Shown in pieces: positions 44,550-53,448 of a stretch of DNA of 64,000 bases. The position numbers and the translations under genes are program-made. The stretch lies in IMG/VR virus record IMGVR_UViG_3300047457_000500, positions 59,488 through 123,487 of that record; one strand, written 5' to 3'. Every line of letters starts with the position of its first letter. Position 1 is the stretch's first letter. This DNA comes from a virus. A model generated the notes under the pieces. That model had not been told where the DNA came from. It searched no databases and worked only from the letters and a program-made list of their open reading frames with translations.

Positions 44550-45747
44550 TTACAAGGCCCCATTTTTCAATTGCCTTGATATATTCTGACTTATAGTCTC
44601 TATCAATTGCCTGCCTCATAGCCCTAGCACCACCTATAGTGCCTTCAGGATGGCCGTGTACGGCTCCACCAACGTTAGCCATATACTCTGTCCCAAATCG
44701 ACGTGTAATAGCCTCTACAAGCCCAGGGTGCATTCCGCAACTTAGGGCAGGAACAACATTACTATCGTTTAATAGCCTTATAGATCTATCTAGTTCTACT
44801 TCGTCATCGCTTAAATACCCTCCCCACATACCAGTATGTATTGTGTCTACGCCCATCAGAGCAGCAAGTTTACATAAAACGTACCAGTCTATCTTAAAGT
44901 TATGCTGTGAATTGGTTAGTATCTTATCTCCGCTTTTCTGAAAATGCATAAATAATGGTAGATCTAACTTACGTATTGAGTTATAGGCTCCAAATCCACT
45001 CCAAAAGTTTACATGTATTCCATTTCCACCATTTTCATAAACTAACTTTGCTCTATCTAAAATAGCATGTGGGTCAGAGTTTATGCAATGTGCAAAAACT
45101 ACATTCCTGCCAGAATCTGAAATTATTTTTGCAATGTGCTCTACACGTTCTTCTAGTCTACAAAAAGACGGATTAGATAAAATCTCATCTTCTTTTATGA
45201 AATCAACTCCACCATCCACTAACTCTTTAACAATATAACCAAGTTGTTTTACAGATATGCCAGTTTTTGGCTTTACGATTCCGCCAAGCAACGGCTTATT
45301 ATATTGATTAGTAAACTCTCTAATACCAGACATTCCGTATTTTGGTTTTAAGAAACTTCTTTTTACAGACTCAGGAAACTCTATATCAACAACACGACAT
45401 ACTTTAAATATATTAATATCTAATTGACCGCCCATTATTTGACACAATAAATGAGATATACCGTCATTATCCCAATCTGAATTTATTTTTGGAAATCCGA
45501 TTTTTACAAATCCGTTTAATTTTGATTTTAAATTTTCTTCTTCATCATATATAACACAGGAAGACATTTCAAATATGTCGTCTGTTTCCCAGTTGTTTCT
45601 TTGCTTTGGATTGCCAACACTTTGTCCTATTGCTAAATCCCATGCTGCGTCATTAAGTCTTCCATGAACAGAGTTTACCTCAATGTAATAGGTTACAACA
45701 ACACATCTATCCTTTTCTAGGTCATCTAACTCTCTATAAAACTTCAT
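44542..45747 (-). CDS. RuBisCO-like protein (form IV/RLP)
   Basis: GGIVKPKTG, GVDFIKEDE, DTIHTG, PALSCGMH and GGAVHGHP motifs; start MKFYREL with a GGAGA RBS. Confidence 0.9.
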   Translation of the reverse strand: MKFYRELDDLEKDRCVVVTYYIEVNSVHGRLNDAAWDLAIGQSVGNPKQRNNWETDDIFEMSSCVIYDEEENLKSKLNGFVKIGFPKINSDWDNDGISHLLCQIMGGQLDINIFKVCRVVDIEFPESVKRSFLKPKYGMSGIREFTNQYNKPLLGGIVKPKTGISVKQLGYIVKELVDGGVDFIKEDEILSNPSFCRLEERVEHIAKIISDSGRNVVFAHCINSDPHAILDRAKLVYENGGNGIHVNFWSGFGAYNSIRKLDLPLFMHFQKSGDKILTNSQHNFKIDWYVLCKLAALMGVDTIHTGMWGGYLSDDEVELDRSIRLLNDSNVVPALSCGMHPGLVEAITRRFGTEYMANVGGAVHGHPEGTIGGARAMRQAIDRDYKSEYIKAIEKWGLVND

Positions 45748-46057
45748 ATTTATCTCCTGGTAGTGATGGAACCTTAACAACTAAAACAGTACAGTCTTCT
45801 AAAAATATAGGATCAGCAATCTCCCCTGGTGTAAAAACAAATACATCTCCAGAGTTAAGTTCTTTATCCTGTATTATCATTTTGCCATTTACTAAAACAT
45901 TATACTCAGTGCCAACCTTGTGATAATGTTTTGGCCAAACCTCTCCAGCCTTATGCCGAAGCAAACCAACTTCAAACTTATCTGTCTTTAGTAAAGATGG
46001 ATCAAAGTTTCCAATTATCCACCCCCTAGTAAAGTCTTCTATTCTTCTGATTTCCAT
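45734..46057 (-). CDS. Cupin protein
   Basis: HYHK..TEYNV...G.M motif. Confidence 0.8.
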   Translation of the reverse strand: MEIRRIEDFTRGWIIGNFDPSLLKTDKFEVGLLRHKAGEVWPKHYHKVGTEYNVLVNGKMIIQDKELNSGDVFVFTPGEIADPIFLEDCTVLVVKVPSLPGDKYEVL

Positions 46058-46767
46058 AATTTCTCCATATATAGTTCTAAGTCTGAAGGCACCCCAACAG
46101 CGTTATGCTGATAAGAAGGTATGTGATATATTCCAATTTTTTTGCCATCCATAATCATTGAGTTATAGGTTGGACCAACATAAAACTCATTGTTATACCT
46201 TTCATTATTATAGATCATTCTTGTTGCACTGTCAACAAAATCTTTTCCATGTTTCCAATAATGGATACCATTTAATGATATGTCGCTTATAACTTCTTTT
46301 TCTTTTATCTGTGTTACTAATCCTTGTTTATTAATTTTAGCATAACTGTTTTTATCCGTACTTGATGTGTAAGTAACAATCATTCCATCATATTTAGAGT
46401 TACGGGCAACCTGTAAAAATAAATCAGAATCCCACCACATTATTTGATCTGAGTTAGCAATAATTAACTCATCATCATTGTTTATATAATCTTTGGCAAT
46501 AAGACATGTTTCTGCTGGGCCATTTGTTAATTCATTTATTTTTATAATATTACATGAACTATCTATACTTTTTAATACAGAATATAATTCATCAAAAAAT
46601 ATACTATCTCTTATAACAAAATGATAATTACCTATTATAGATAAAGACTCTATTGCATGCTCTATCATTGTTTTGCCATTTATTTTAATAAGTGGCTTTG
46701 TTGTTTTATAAGTTTCTATAGGAAATCTGCTACCCAGACCCGCCATAGGAATTAATATATTTGTCAT
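46039..46767 (-). CDS. Sugar nucleotidyltransferase
   Basis: ILIPMAGLGSRF, KPLI, NSDQ, KEK and NEFYV motifs. Confidence 0.85.
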   Translation of the reverse strand: MTNILIPMAGLGSRFPIETYKTTKPLIKINGKTMIEHAIESLSIIGNYHFVIRDSIFFDELYSVLKSIDSSCNIIKINELTNGPAETCLIAKDYINNDDELIIANSDQIMWWDSDLFLQVARNSKYDGMIVTYTSSTDKNSYAKINKQGLVTQIKEKEVISDISLNGIHYWKHGKDFVDSATRMIYNNERYNNEFYVGPTYNSMIMDGKKIGIYHIPSYQHNAVGVPSDLELYMEKLWKSEE

Positions 46768-47729
46768 AGTGTATTTAGCATCTTTTCTAGTTCGTATTCT
46801 ATTTTACCATATTCTCTAGAAATGTTAGGAACTGATATATATTTTTTATTAGCCCATAAGGTTGCTAACAAGAAAAAATGATAGTGAAATTCTATTTTTT
46901 GTCTAACTATTTGTATGGTGCTTAATTCTATTACTGTTGTTTTATCCCTCATAAATAATAAATTAGTCAACCCAGATCCAGATAATCCAGCAATAACTCC
47001 TACCTGATCAAAAAATCTTATTTGATCTTCAATAGTTTTAAATATACTAGTATCAACTATTTCAAAACCATGTTTTTTAAATAAATTTTCTAGTTTAATC
47101 TCATCATCTATTCTTAGGTCATCTTTATATGGCAGTTTATCTATCTCTTCTTGTGTCATTTGGTTTATTTGTGTGACTGTTAAGTTTTGCTTTCCGCCCC
47201 TTGTAACATAAACCTTTTTATTATTAGGCAAAGATATATCTCTATACGAACTCATAAGATCGTCTAGTATATTAATATGATCTCCACACATTTCTAGTTT
47301 TTCATAATAATAAAAATTTGATAATATAGGAGGATACTTTGCATGTATCTGTGTTACGGAAAATTTAATATTATAATTTCTTAATACTTGAACAATAAAA
47401 GTTCCAGTTGATTGAAATGCAGAAATTTCTTTACTTGGATGCAATAGTATTACCTCTATATTAGGGTCTTTTTTATATTCCCATAATATTGGCGCTAGAG
47501 TATTTAGTAAACTATGAAAAAAATTTGTTTCAAATCTAACTACTATTTTTCTTAATTTAGTTTCTTCTAGGAAGGTATCAGCATACTGTGTTAGTTCCCT
47601 ACGAAACTCTTCATTATGCCAATTTTCTTTTAATATTTCTGTTATTATTGGCTTACCTGCATTAAAGTCATCTTCAATTATACAAATACCCTTATAGTGC
47701 ACTGGCTCTACTGGATGCTGTCTTATCAT
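46764..47729 (-). CDS. Glycosyltransferase family 61-like protein
   Basis: FFH, YVTR, QIRFF and GSGLTNLLFM....VIEL motifs. Confidence 0.75.
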   Translation of the reverse strand: MIRQHPVEPVHYKGICIIEDDFNAGKPIITEILKENWHNEEFRRELTQYADTFLEETKLRKIVVRFETNFFHSLLNTLAPILWEYKKDPNIEVILLHPSKEISAFQSTGTFIVQVLRNYNIKFSVTQIHAKYPPILSNFYYYEKLEMCGDHINILDDLMSSYRDISLPNNKKVYVTRGGKQNLTVTQINQMTQEEIDKLPYKDDLRIDDEIKLENLFKKHGFEIVDTSIFKTIEDQIRFFDQVGVIAGLSGSGLTNLLFMRDKTTVIELSTIQIVRQKIEFHYHFFLLATLWANKKYISVPNISREYGKIEYELEKMLNTL

Positions 47730-48649
47730 AAATAATTTAAAAATCCTTTGTTTTTAAAGTATTCTATTATTGTATCAGATTTTCTTTCATGTGGTATAGT
47801 AATATATATATGTTTTTTAGCCCAACAAAAGGCAGCATAAAATGGATGTACCTGCTGCTTGGCAGAAACTACTACTGGCGTCTGTAGTTCTATTACTACC
47901 CCACCTGGCTGCATAAAAATCATATTTGCCATTCCTGATCCAGAAGGACAAATCATAACCCTTACATTATTTAAAAACTTAACCTGCTCTCCAAAATTTT
48001 TAAAATCTTCTGGGTATACTATTTCTACATTATTTTCTATAAAAAATTCAATAAGTTTGTCTTCATCCTCAACCCTTAAATCATTTTTTACAACTAAGGT
48101 ATCTCTATCTCTGTCATGAAAAATAGATCCCTCTTCTTTGGGCTTTACTTTTGATCTAGCCAAATAAATAATCTTATCTGGTTTTTTAGACCTATCAATA
48201 AACCCGCTGCAATAATCGTATACATCATCAACAAAAGAAGATTGAAACGGAACTGTATGAAAATATTTTGCATCTTTTACTTTTACAGTCTCATCTTTTA
48301 TATTAACTAGGCGGTATCTAACCTTTTTATTAGTTAACATATTAAGTATAAATTTAGAATGAGGAATTTGCAAATCTCCATCGTGAACATCTATTCCTAA
48401 TATTATTAAAAAATAAGCATTTTTGTTTTTATTAAAGAAAAATAAAATATAAGAGACCATATTAAAAAATGCATGTAAGAAATTTTTGTGCCACAAAACT
48501 ATATGAACATCATCTTCTTGGATTAAGTCCTCAATGTCAAGATCATCTAACCTTGTTATTGTGGGGCCAAAATCTTCTTTTTTAGTTCTAGATAGTAGGT
48601 TAACACCTTCTAAAACCTTTGGCTCAATGAAGTCTCCGTATACAAACAT
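47726..48649 (-). CDS. Glycosyltransferase family 61-like protein
   Basis: FLH, YLARS, EQV.F and GSGMANMIFMQPGGVVIEL motifs. Confidence 0.8.
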   Translation of the reverse strand: MFVYGDFIEPKVLEGVNLLSRTKKEDFGPTITRLDDLDIEDLIQEDDVHIVLWHKNFLHAFFNMVSYILFFFNKNKNAYFLIILGIDVHDGDLQIPHSKFILNMLTNKKVRYRLVNIKDETVKVKDAKYFHTVPFQSSFVDDVYDYCSGFIDRSKKPDKIIYLARSKVKPKEEGSIFHDRDRDTLVVKNDLRVEDEDKLIEFFIENNVEIVYPEDFKNFGEQVKFLNNVRVMICPSGSGMANMIFMQPGGVVIELQTPVVVSAKQQVHPFYAAFCWAKKHIYITIPHERKSDTIIEYFKNKGFLNYL

Positions 48650-48650
48650 G

Positions 48651-48935
48651 TTATTTCTCGTTGGTCAAACTAACCCAAAGATTGCTCCAGTCTTTTTCAT
48701 CTTTATGATTATTAAACTCTTTAGATATTTCTCCACCCTCTAAATAAACTCCGCCCCATACTCCCCATTCTTTTTGAGAGACGCCCACAGAAAAGCAAGT
48801 TTTCATTACTGGGCATCTGGTGCACAATTCATCTATTGCGCTTCTAAAGTTTTCTGATTCTTCGTATTTATCAAAAAATAAATTAGTATCATAATCTAAA
48901 CATGACCCATTATCTTTCCACTTTAATTTATGCAT
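48651..48935 (-). CDS. whiB: WhiB family transcription factor
   Basis: W.....C...FF...C..CPV...C...WGVWGG motif. Confidence 0.9.
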   Translation of the reverse strand: MHKLKWKDNGSCLDYDTNLFFDKYEESENFRSAIDELCTRCPVMKTCFSVGVSQKEWGVWGGVYLEGGEISKEFNNHKDEKDWSNLWVSLTNEK

Positions 48936-49521
48936 TGTGTTCCCTAACAGATATCATTTTCTTACCCCATAAACTTTGTCTTACACTTTGAAAATTTGTC
49001 AACTCTTCATCTTTAGGCCAGTCATGAGTCCAAGAATTCATTTCAACCTTGTAGGCATTTTCAATAGCATGATCTTCGTTATCAGCAAATACATCAATAA
49101 AATACTTGTCAGAAAAAACTATTTCTGCCCTATATTTTTTATTGCCTTCGCCAAAAATAGGCTTGTCTATGATTTTATAATAATAATTTTTAACACTTCC
49201 AGACTCTACCCACCAACTTAAAGAGTCAACAAAAACAAACATATCTCCTTTATTTGATTTTGTTCTTCTAAGTAAATGTGTTTTGAGGTTGTCCTTGAAG
49301 AAATGAACATAGGTATTATCCTCTTCTATTACCATACCCACTGCACGATACGGATCTTGCTGAGGCAAATCTTCTGCATAAAATCCTAATTCAACAATTT
49401 TAGACCTTACATTAGAAAATATATTTTGGTTTAATTCTTCTTCACTTACCTCAGAAAGAGTTCCTGGACAATAAAAGAAAGTATCACAATCTTTAAGTTT
49501 ATTCTCAAGGTCTTTGTTCAT
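48928..49521 (-). CDS. Hypothetical protein
   Basis: Operon-coupled ORF. Confidence 0.55.
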   Translation of the reverse strand: MNKDLENKLKDCDTFFYCPGTLSEVSEEELNQNIFSNVRSKIVELGFYAEDLPQQDPYRAVGMVIEEDNTYVHFFKDNLKTHLLRRTKSNKGDMFVFVDSLSWWVESGSVKNYYYKIIDKPIFGEGNKKYRAEIVFSDKYFIDVFADNEDHAIENAYKVEMNSWTHDWPKDEELTNFQSVRQSLWGKKMISVREHNA

Positions 49522-49729
49522 TACTGATCATCCTGTCTGGTATATCCCAGCCATTCGGACCTGGCTTAAATGTTTTTGTCATGTGCCACTTTCCATTTAA
49601 ATACTTTCCGTATTTAGATGTTCTGGCTTTATCGGATGGATATGAGTTTACAACATCCCATCCAGACCAAGACAAACTCTTGTTTGAAGCAACAATTGAT
49701 TCCATTTTTTCTAATGACTTAATGTACAT
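49505..49729 (-). CDS. Hypothetical protein
   Basis: AAGGA RBS; operon-coupled ORF. Confidence 0.6.
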   Translation of the reverse strand: MYIKSLEKMESIVASNKSLSWSGWDVVNSYPSDKARTSKYGKYLNGKWHMTKTFKPGPNGWDIPDRMISNEQRP

Positions 49730-49737
49730 ATTTTTCC

Positions 49738-50088
49738 TTAGTATTTAAAAATTCCCACTTCAATGTTATTGTTTTCTGCCTCTTTAACTAAGTTGCCTTT
49801 AGGCTCACTAGGAGTTGACAAATAGGCAAAGTAATTTATTGAGTTTATATTTTCAATAACCCATGAAGGTGGTACGTATCTTAGTTTTAGTTTAATGCCA
49901 CGTGATTTCATGCTCCGCTCTGAAACATTTACAAACTCCATGGCCATAGTGTTTGTCTTTGCTGGACCCACACTGTATATTTCTAACTGCTTATCGTCTT
50001 GCGAAAGACTAGATAGTGCAACACCGATAGCACGTAGAAAAACTTGATAATCACTAAAGTTGTTGGTTCCCTGAACCACTACTATCAT
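49738..50088 (-). CDS. SLOG/YspA-like protein
   Basis: MIVVVQGT..F.DY start; GAGGAG RBS. Confidence 0.5.
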   Translation of the reverse strand: MIVVVQGTNNFSDYQVFLRAIGVALSSLSQDDKQLEIYSVGPAKTNTMAMEFVNVSERSMKSRGIKLKLRYVPPSWVIENINSINYFAYLSTPSEPKGNLVKEAENNNIEVGIFKY

Positions 50089-50491
50089 TATAATTCTCCT
50101 CTCGTAATCTATCAATGATGAACATCATTTTATCTAATTGTACCCTACTCATAGTCATTGTGTCAACTCTTCTTGTAGTATCTTTATCAACTATTCCTTC
50201 ATTGTTCATGTCTGCCATATAAAAAACATTATCTTTAATCCAATAGGCGCTGTTTTCCATTATGATAACCTTTATGCTGTACTTTGATTCGTGCATAAAC
50301 GCTTGACTTTTCTTTTTATTTTTATTATGTTTAAACTTTGGCAACAGAGGGGAGACTATGTTATGGATGTGGCTTTGGCTATATCTTATAGGTTCTATGG
50401 TTGGTTCTTTTAATATATTATTTTTACTCTGTAATTTAAAAATACAGTAAATAACTAAAAATGCTGAGAAAAACCCTACTAGATATTCCAT
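50054..50491 (-). CDS. Membrane-anchored hypothetical protein
   Basis: N-terminal TM helix; leaderless promoter. Confidence 0.6.
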   Translation of the reverse strand: MEYLVGFFSAFLVIYCIFKLQSKNNILKEPTIEPIRYSQSHIHNIVSPLLPKFKHNKNKKKSQAFMHESKYSIKVIIMENSAYWIKDNVFYMADMNNEGIVDKDTTRRVDTMTMSRVQLDKMMFIIDRLREENYNDSSGSGNQQL

Positions 50492-50513
50492 AACAAGACT
50501 ATTATACTACTTG

Positions 50514-50834
50514 TTACAATAGGCTTCTTTTTATCTCTTTGAGGGTATAAAGAACTTCCTCATCAAGATCTTTAGTTGCATCATAATCAAAGGCTTTTTC
50601 TGTAAGTTTTACTAACGGATTTTCCTCAGTAATATCCATCTCCACTATTTCTTTTTCCCATAAAATCATTATATGTGTAGAGAACAGATTTTGTATTTCT
50701 CTGTGTAAAACTGGGCTTATTTTTTCTAATTTTTTGGTAAAGTTATATAGCATTTCTCCAGTGTCTGGGTCTATACCTGCTGGCTCTAATGCACCAGACA
50801 ATATTAATTTATCGAAATCATCATTTACTTGCAT
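50514..50834 (-). CDS. Hypothetical protein
   Basis: Operon-coupled ORF. Confidence 0.6.
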   Translation of the reverse strand: MQVNDDFDKLILSGALEPAGIDPDTGEMLYNFTKKLEKISPVLHREIQNLFSTHIMILWEKEIVEMDITEENPLVKLTEKAFDYDATKDLDEEVLYTLKEIKRSLL

Positions 50835-51237
50835 TCTTTGCCTTTTCTTTTTGTTGTGCTAGTGCAGCAAAGTCTTTAACCTTTGTCTCACCCATGTAAG
50901 GCCATGCATATCCCTGCTCTATCATGTGATCATTAACAGATACAGTGTCTCCATCTACATAAAGCCAGCCCAATATTCTTCCATATTTTTCTGACGAGTC
51001 TGGTTTTTCTGTTTTAATTACAATGCCCTCTGCATCTTTTAGTTTATTTTTTAAAAATTCTTTTGATTCAAGGCCAAGGCTTTTCTCAAACTTATCCTTA
51101 GTTCTTGACTCTGGAGTATCTATACCCGCAAGCCTTACTCTTTGTGAATATGATACATTAAACCCAAGATCTATGTCGACGTCAATAGTATCGCCATCAA
51201 CAACAGCGATAAGTTTTTTTACTCTATAAATATACAA
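50821..51237 (-). CDS. Thermonuclease (SNase-like)
   Basis: VVDGDT, RVRLAGIDTPE and KYGRIL motifs. Confidence 0.9.
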   Translation of the reverse strand: MYIYRVKKLIAVVDGDTIDVDIDLGFNVSYSQRVRLAGIDTPESRTKDKFEKSLGLESKEFLKNKLKDAEGIVIKTEKPDSSEKYGRILGWLYVDGDTVSVNDHMIEQGYAWPYMGETKVKDFAALAQQKEKAKNASK

Positions 51238-51238
51238 C

Positions 51239-51934
51239 TTATACCACCTCCACGATATTAGGAAGTACTACTATATCTGCGTTTGGAATATCCTTTAATA
51301 TCATAGATTTGACCTGAGCAATAGATAGTTTATCCTCATCTGACATTCCCATACAGTGTCTTATTCCTATAACAACATTTCTAGTTTTAGATAGTTCGTT
51401 ATATTTTTCTAAATCCGAATCTGTCCATGGCTGAAACTTGCCAACCATTAGTGTTTGCTCTGGCTTCCAGTCAAATGTCTCATATTTTTTAATAACACTA
51501 AATGCTCTAGTTGGTAGTGCATCAAGATATTCATTGCCAGTATTAGTTATTCTAAGGTCGTACTCATTTTCTTCTGGCTCTTCCCATGAAATAACTTTAC
51601 CAAATTTATCTGTAAATTCTTTTTTATCTGTAGTATCTATCCAAACTGAAATGTCTGGAAACTTTGCGGTATCAGATAAATGCATATATCCACTAATATC
51701 TCTGAATTGATCACGTGCCTCTTTTGTTGGAAAATATCCACTAACCACTATAGATGAGTTATAATCCTTTGTAAAGAAAATTGATATGGTCCTCAACCAT
51801 CGAGCATACTGAGCCTGTAATTCCGCCATTGGCAAATCTGTATCCAATACATGCCACGAGTTAGTTCTTTCTGCATAGGCTATAGATACATCAGTTCTTG
51901 TCTTTTCGTCCATTCCAAAAAATTGAACAATCAT
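51239..51934 (-). CDS. Catalytically degenerate paralog of the APS kinase-nucleotidyltransferase fusion
   Basis: Collinear with 43346..44104, but the P-loop and HxGH motif are lost. Confidence 0.65.
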   Translation of the reverse strand: MIVQFFGMDEKTRTDVSIAYAERTNSWHVLDTDLPMAELQAQYARWLRTISIFFTKDYNSSIVVSGYFPTKEARDQFRDISGYMHLSDTAKFPDISVWIDTTDKKEFTDKFGKVISWEEPEENEYDLRITNTGNEYLDALPTRAFSVIKKYETFDWKPEQTLMVGKFQPWTDSDLEKYNELSKTRNVVIGIRHCMGMSDEDKLSIAQVKSMILKDIPNADIVVLPNIVEVV

Positions 51935-52191
51935 GAATAGGATTCTCCCTTGGTTCTGTTCTCGTCTAGTCTTGATCTTTCATCAACTATTTGTAATGCA
52001 AATTTCATTAAGTTATCATACCCTACGGCATTGTCTACTGACTTATTGTAGTGATGTCCACAAAATAATAGGTCATAGTTGTTTTTCCCAATAACTTTTA
52101 CATACGCCTGTGCGCCACAGCGATCACATCTGTCAGTGGCATCAAGCAACCAGACATCGCCTTCTTCTTTATTCTTAAGCATACTAAACAT
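51931..52191 (-). CDS. Zinc-binding actinobacterial-type protein
   Basis: DRCDRCGAQAY...LLFCGHH. Confidence 0.75.
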   Translation of the reverse strand: MFSMLKNKEEGDVWLLDATDRCDRCGAQAYVKVIGKNNYDLLFCGHHYNKSVDNAVGYDNLMKFALQIVDERSRLDENRTKGESYS

Positions 52192-52192
52192 A

Positions 52193-52378
52193 TTATACCT
52201 TTCTATTGTCAGTTTTATAGAATCCAGAGCCGTTAAAAGTAACCCCTATACTTGAGTATACACGAACTAAGGGTTTATTGCAAGTCTCACAACTATACCC
52301 TGGATCTGATTCTGACATAGATCTTACTTTGGTGTACCGCACAGCACAGGACATGCAGTCATATTCATATGCTGGCAC
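52193..52378 (-). CDS. FmdB family zinc-ribbon protein
   Basis: GTG start MPAYEYDC..C...C..C...FNGSGFYKTD. Confidence 0.85.
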   Translation of the reverse strand: MPAYEYDCMSCAVRYTKVRSMSESDPGYSCETCNKPLVRVYSSIGVTFNGSGFYKTDNRKV

Positions 52379-52482
52379 TATTTCTTTTTCTTCCTCAATT
52401 GCCAAACTGTAATGCCACGGGGAGCAGAACTTAACTCATACCCAAGCATGCTTGCGATAAATCTAATAATTCTAATACGCAT
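52378..52482 (-). CDS. Small basic protein (34 aa, MRIRIIRFIASMLGYE...)
   Basis: Fills the gap exactly, overlapping both neighbours. Confidence 0.55.
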   Translation of the reverse strand: MRIRIIRFIASMLGYELSSAPRGITVWQLRKKKK

Positions 52483-52700
52483 CATCCAACCTTCTTTCCG
52501 TATTTAGCCCATACTCTTTCATGTAAGTAATAGCCCAAAGACTCCCACAAAATATATCCAAGCGCTCCAAGAGTGGCATATTCATACTCTACCTCTCCAG
52601 TAATCATATATGTAATTATTGCAATAATTCCTGCAACACCCACTAAGTGAAATGTCTCCCAACTGAGTGTTTTTAGCAGACTCTTTTTCTTTGATTCCAT
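52482..52700 (-). CDS. DUF2061-like membrane protein
   Basis: KSLLKTLSW...YYLHERVW. Confidence 0.75.
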   Translation of the reverse strand: MESKKKSLLKTLSWETFHLVGVAGIIAIITYMITGEVEYEYATLGALGYILWESLGYYLHERVWAKYGKKVG

Positions 52701-52722
52701 TTTTCCTCCTATATATATAGTA

Positions 52723-53448
52723 TCATTTTGATTGAGAGATTACAAGTGTATAATAAGAATAAAACATAAGAATATTAGTTTTCCATCCATTTATTATATC
52801 AAAATGAAATGGAAATTTTCTATGTTTTTCTAAAATTTCTTTCATTTCTTTGCTCTTGCCCCTCAATATTTTTTGTGTCGGCTTACTTATATCACAACAA
52901 ACCGCTAAATCTCTGTCTGGAAAAACTGTTGCAATGTCATCAATGTACTTATCCAAAAATGGAATACAAATAAAAATAATAGGACAATCTAAAGATTTTA
53001 TATTATTTAAAAAATTTAAAGTATTATCTTGTGGGATCCTTCCTGCAAAATAAAATTCTCCCCTATTTCCTTCAAAACCAGAAAAAAACAATGCTTGCAA
53101 AACCGAGTTTGGTCCAGGAATGAGGTCTATATCTATTCCCATTCTAATTAAGTTGTGTAATAATTCAATACCAGAGTCTTGTATTGTGGGATAGCCGTCA
53201 TTTGAAACTACAAGAATATTTTTATCTTCCTTCAATCCATTAAGTATTACTTCCAATATTTGCTTAATATTATCCTTAGTTTCGTATATTTGTGAAATAT
53301 TTGCACCATTTTCCAAACAAAATTTTTTAAATACTTTTTCAGTTTCAACTATTGCTATATCAGTTATCTTTAGGTACTCCTGTAATGCAATAGCAATATG
53401 AGAGTTGTCGCCTATTGGGGTGGCTGCAAATACAACCTTTTTTGTCAT
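52723..53448 (-). CDS. rsmI: RsmI-like methyltransferase, copy 3 (most diverged)
   Basis: AATPIGD, VSNDGYPTIQDSG, IPGPNS and FYFAGRIP motifs. Confidence 0.7.
   Translation of the reverse strand: MTKKVVFAATPIGDNSHIAIALQEYLKITDIAIVETEKVFKKFCLENGANISQIYETKDNIKQILEVILNGLKEDKNILVVSNDGYPTIQDSGIELLHNLIRMGIDIDLIPGPNSVLQALFFSGFEGNRGEFYFAGRIPQDNTLNFLNNIKSLDCPIIFICIPFLDKYIDDIATVFPDRDLAVCCDISKPTQKILRGKSKEMKEILEKHRKFPFHFDIINGWKTNILMFYSYYTLVISQSK

Noticed and set aside
44542-45747. Phage carbon fixation by RuBisCO
   Set aside because: The loop-6 Lys and the HxHR motif of true carboxylases are substituted, and there is no small subunit or phosphoribulokinase; it is a form IV-type RLP.
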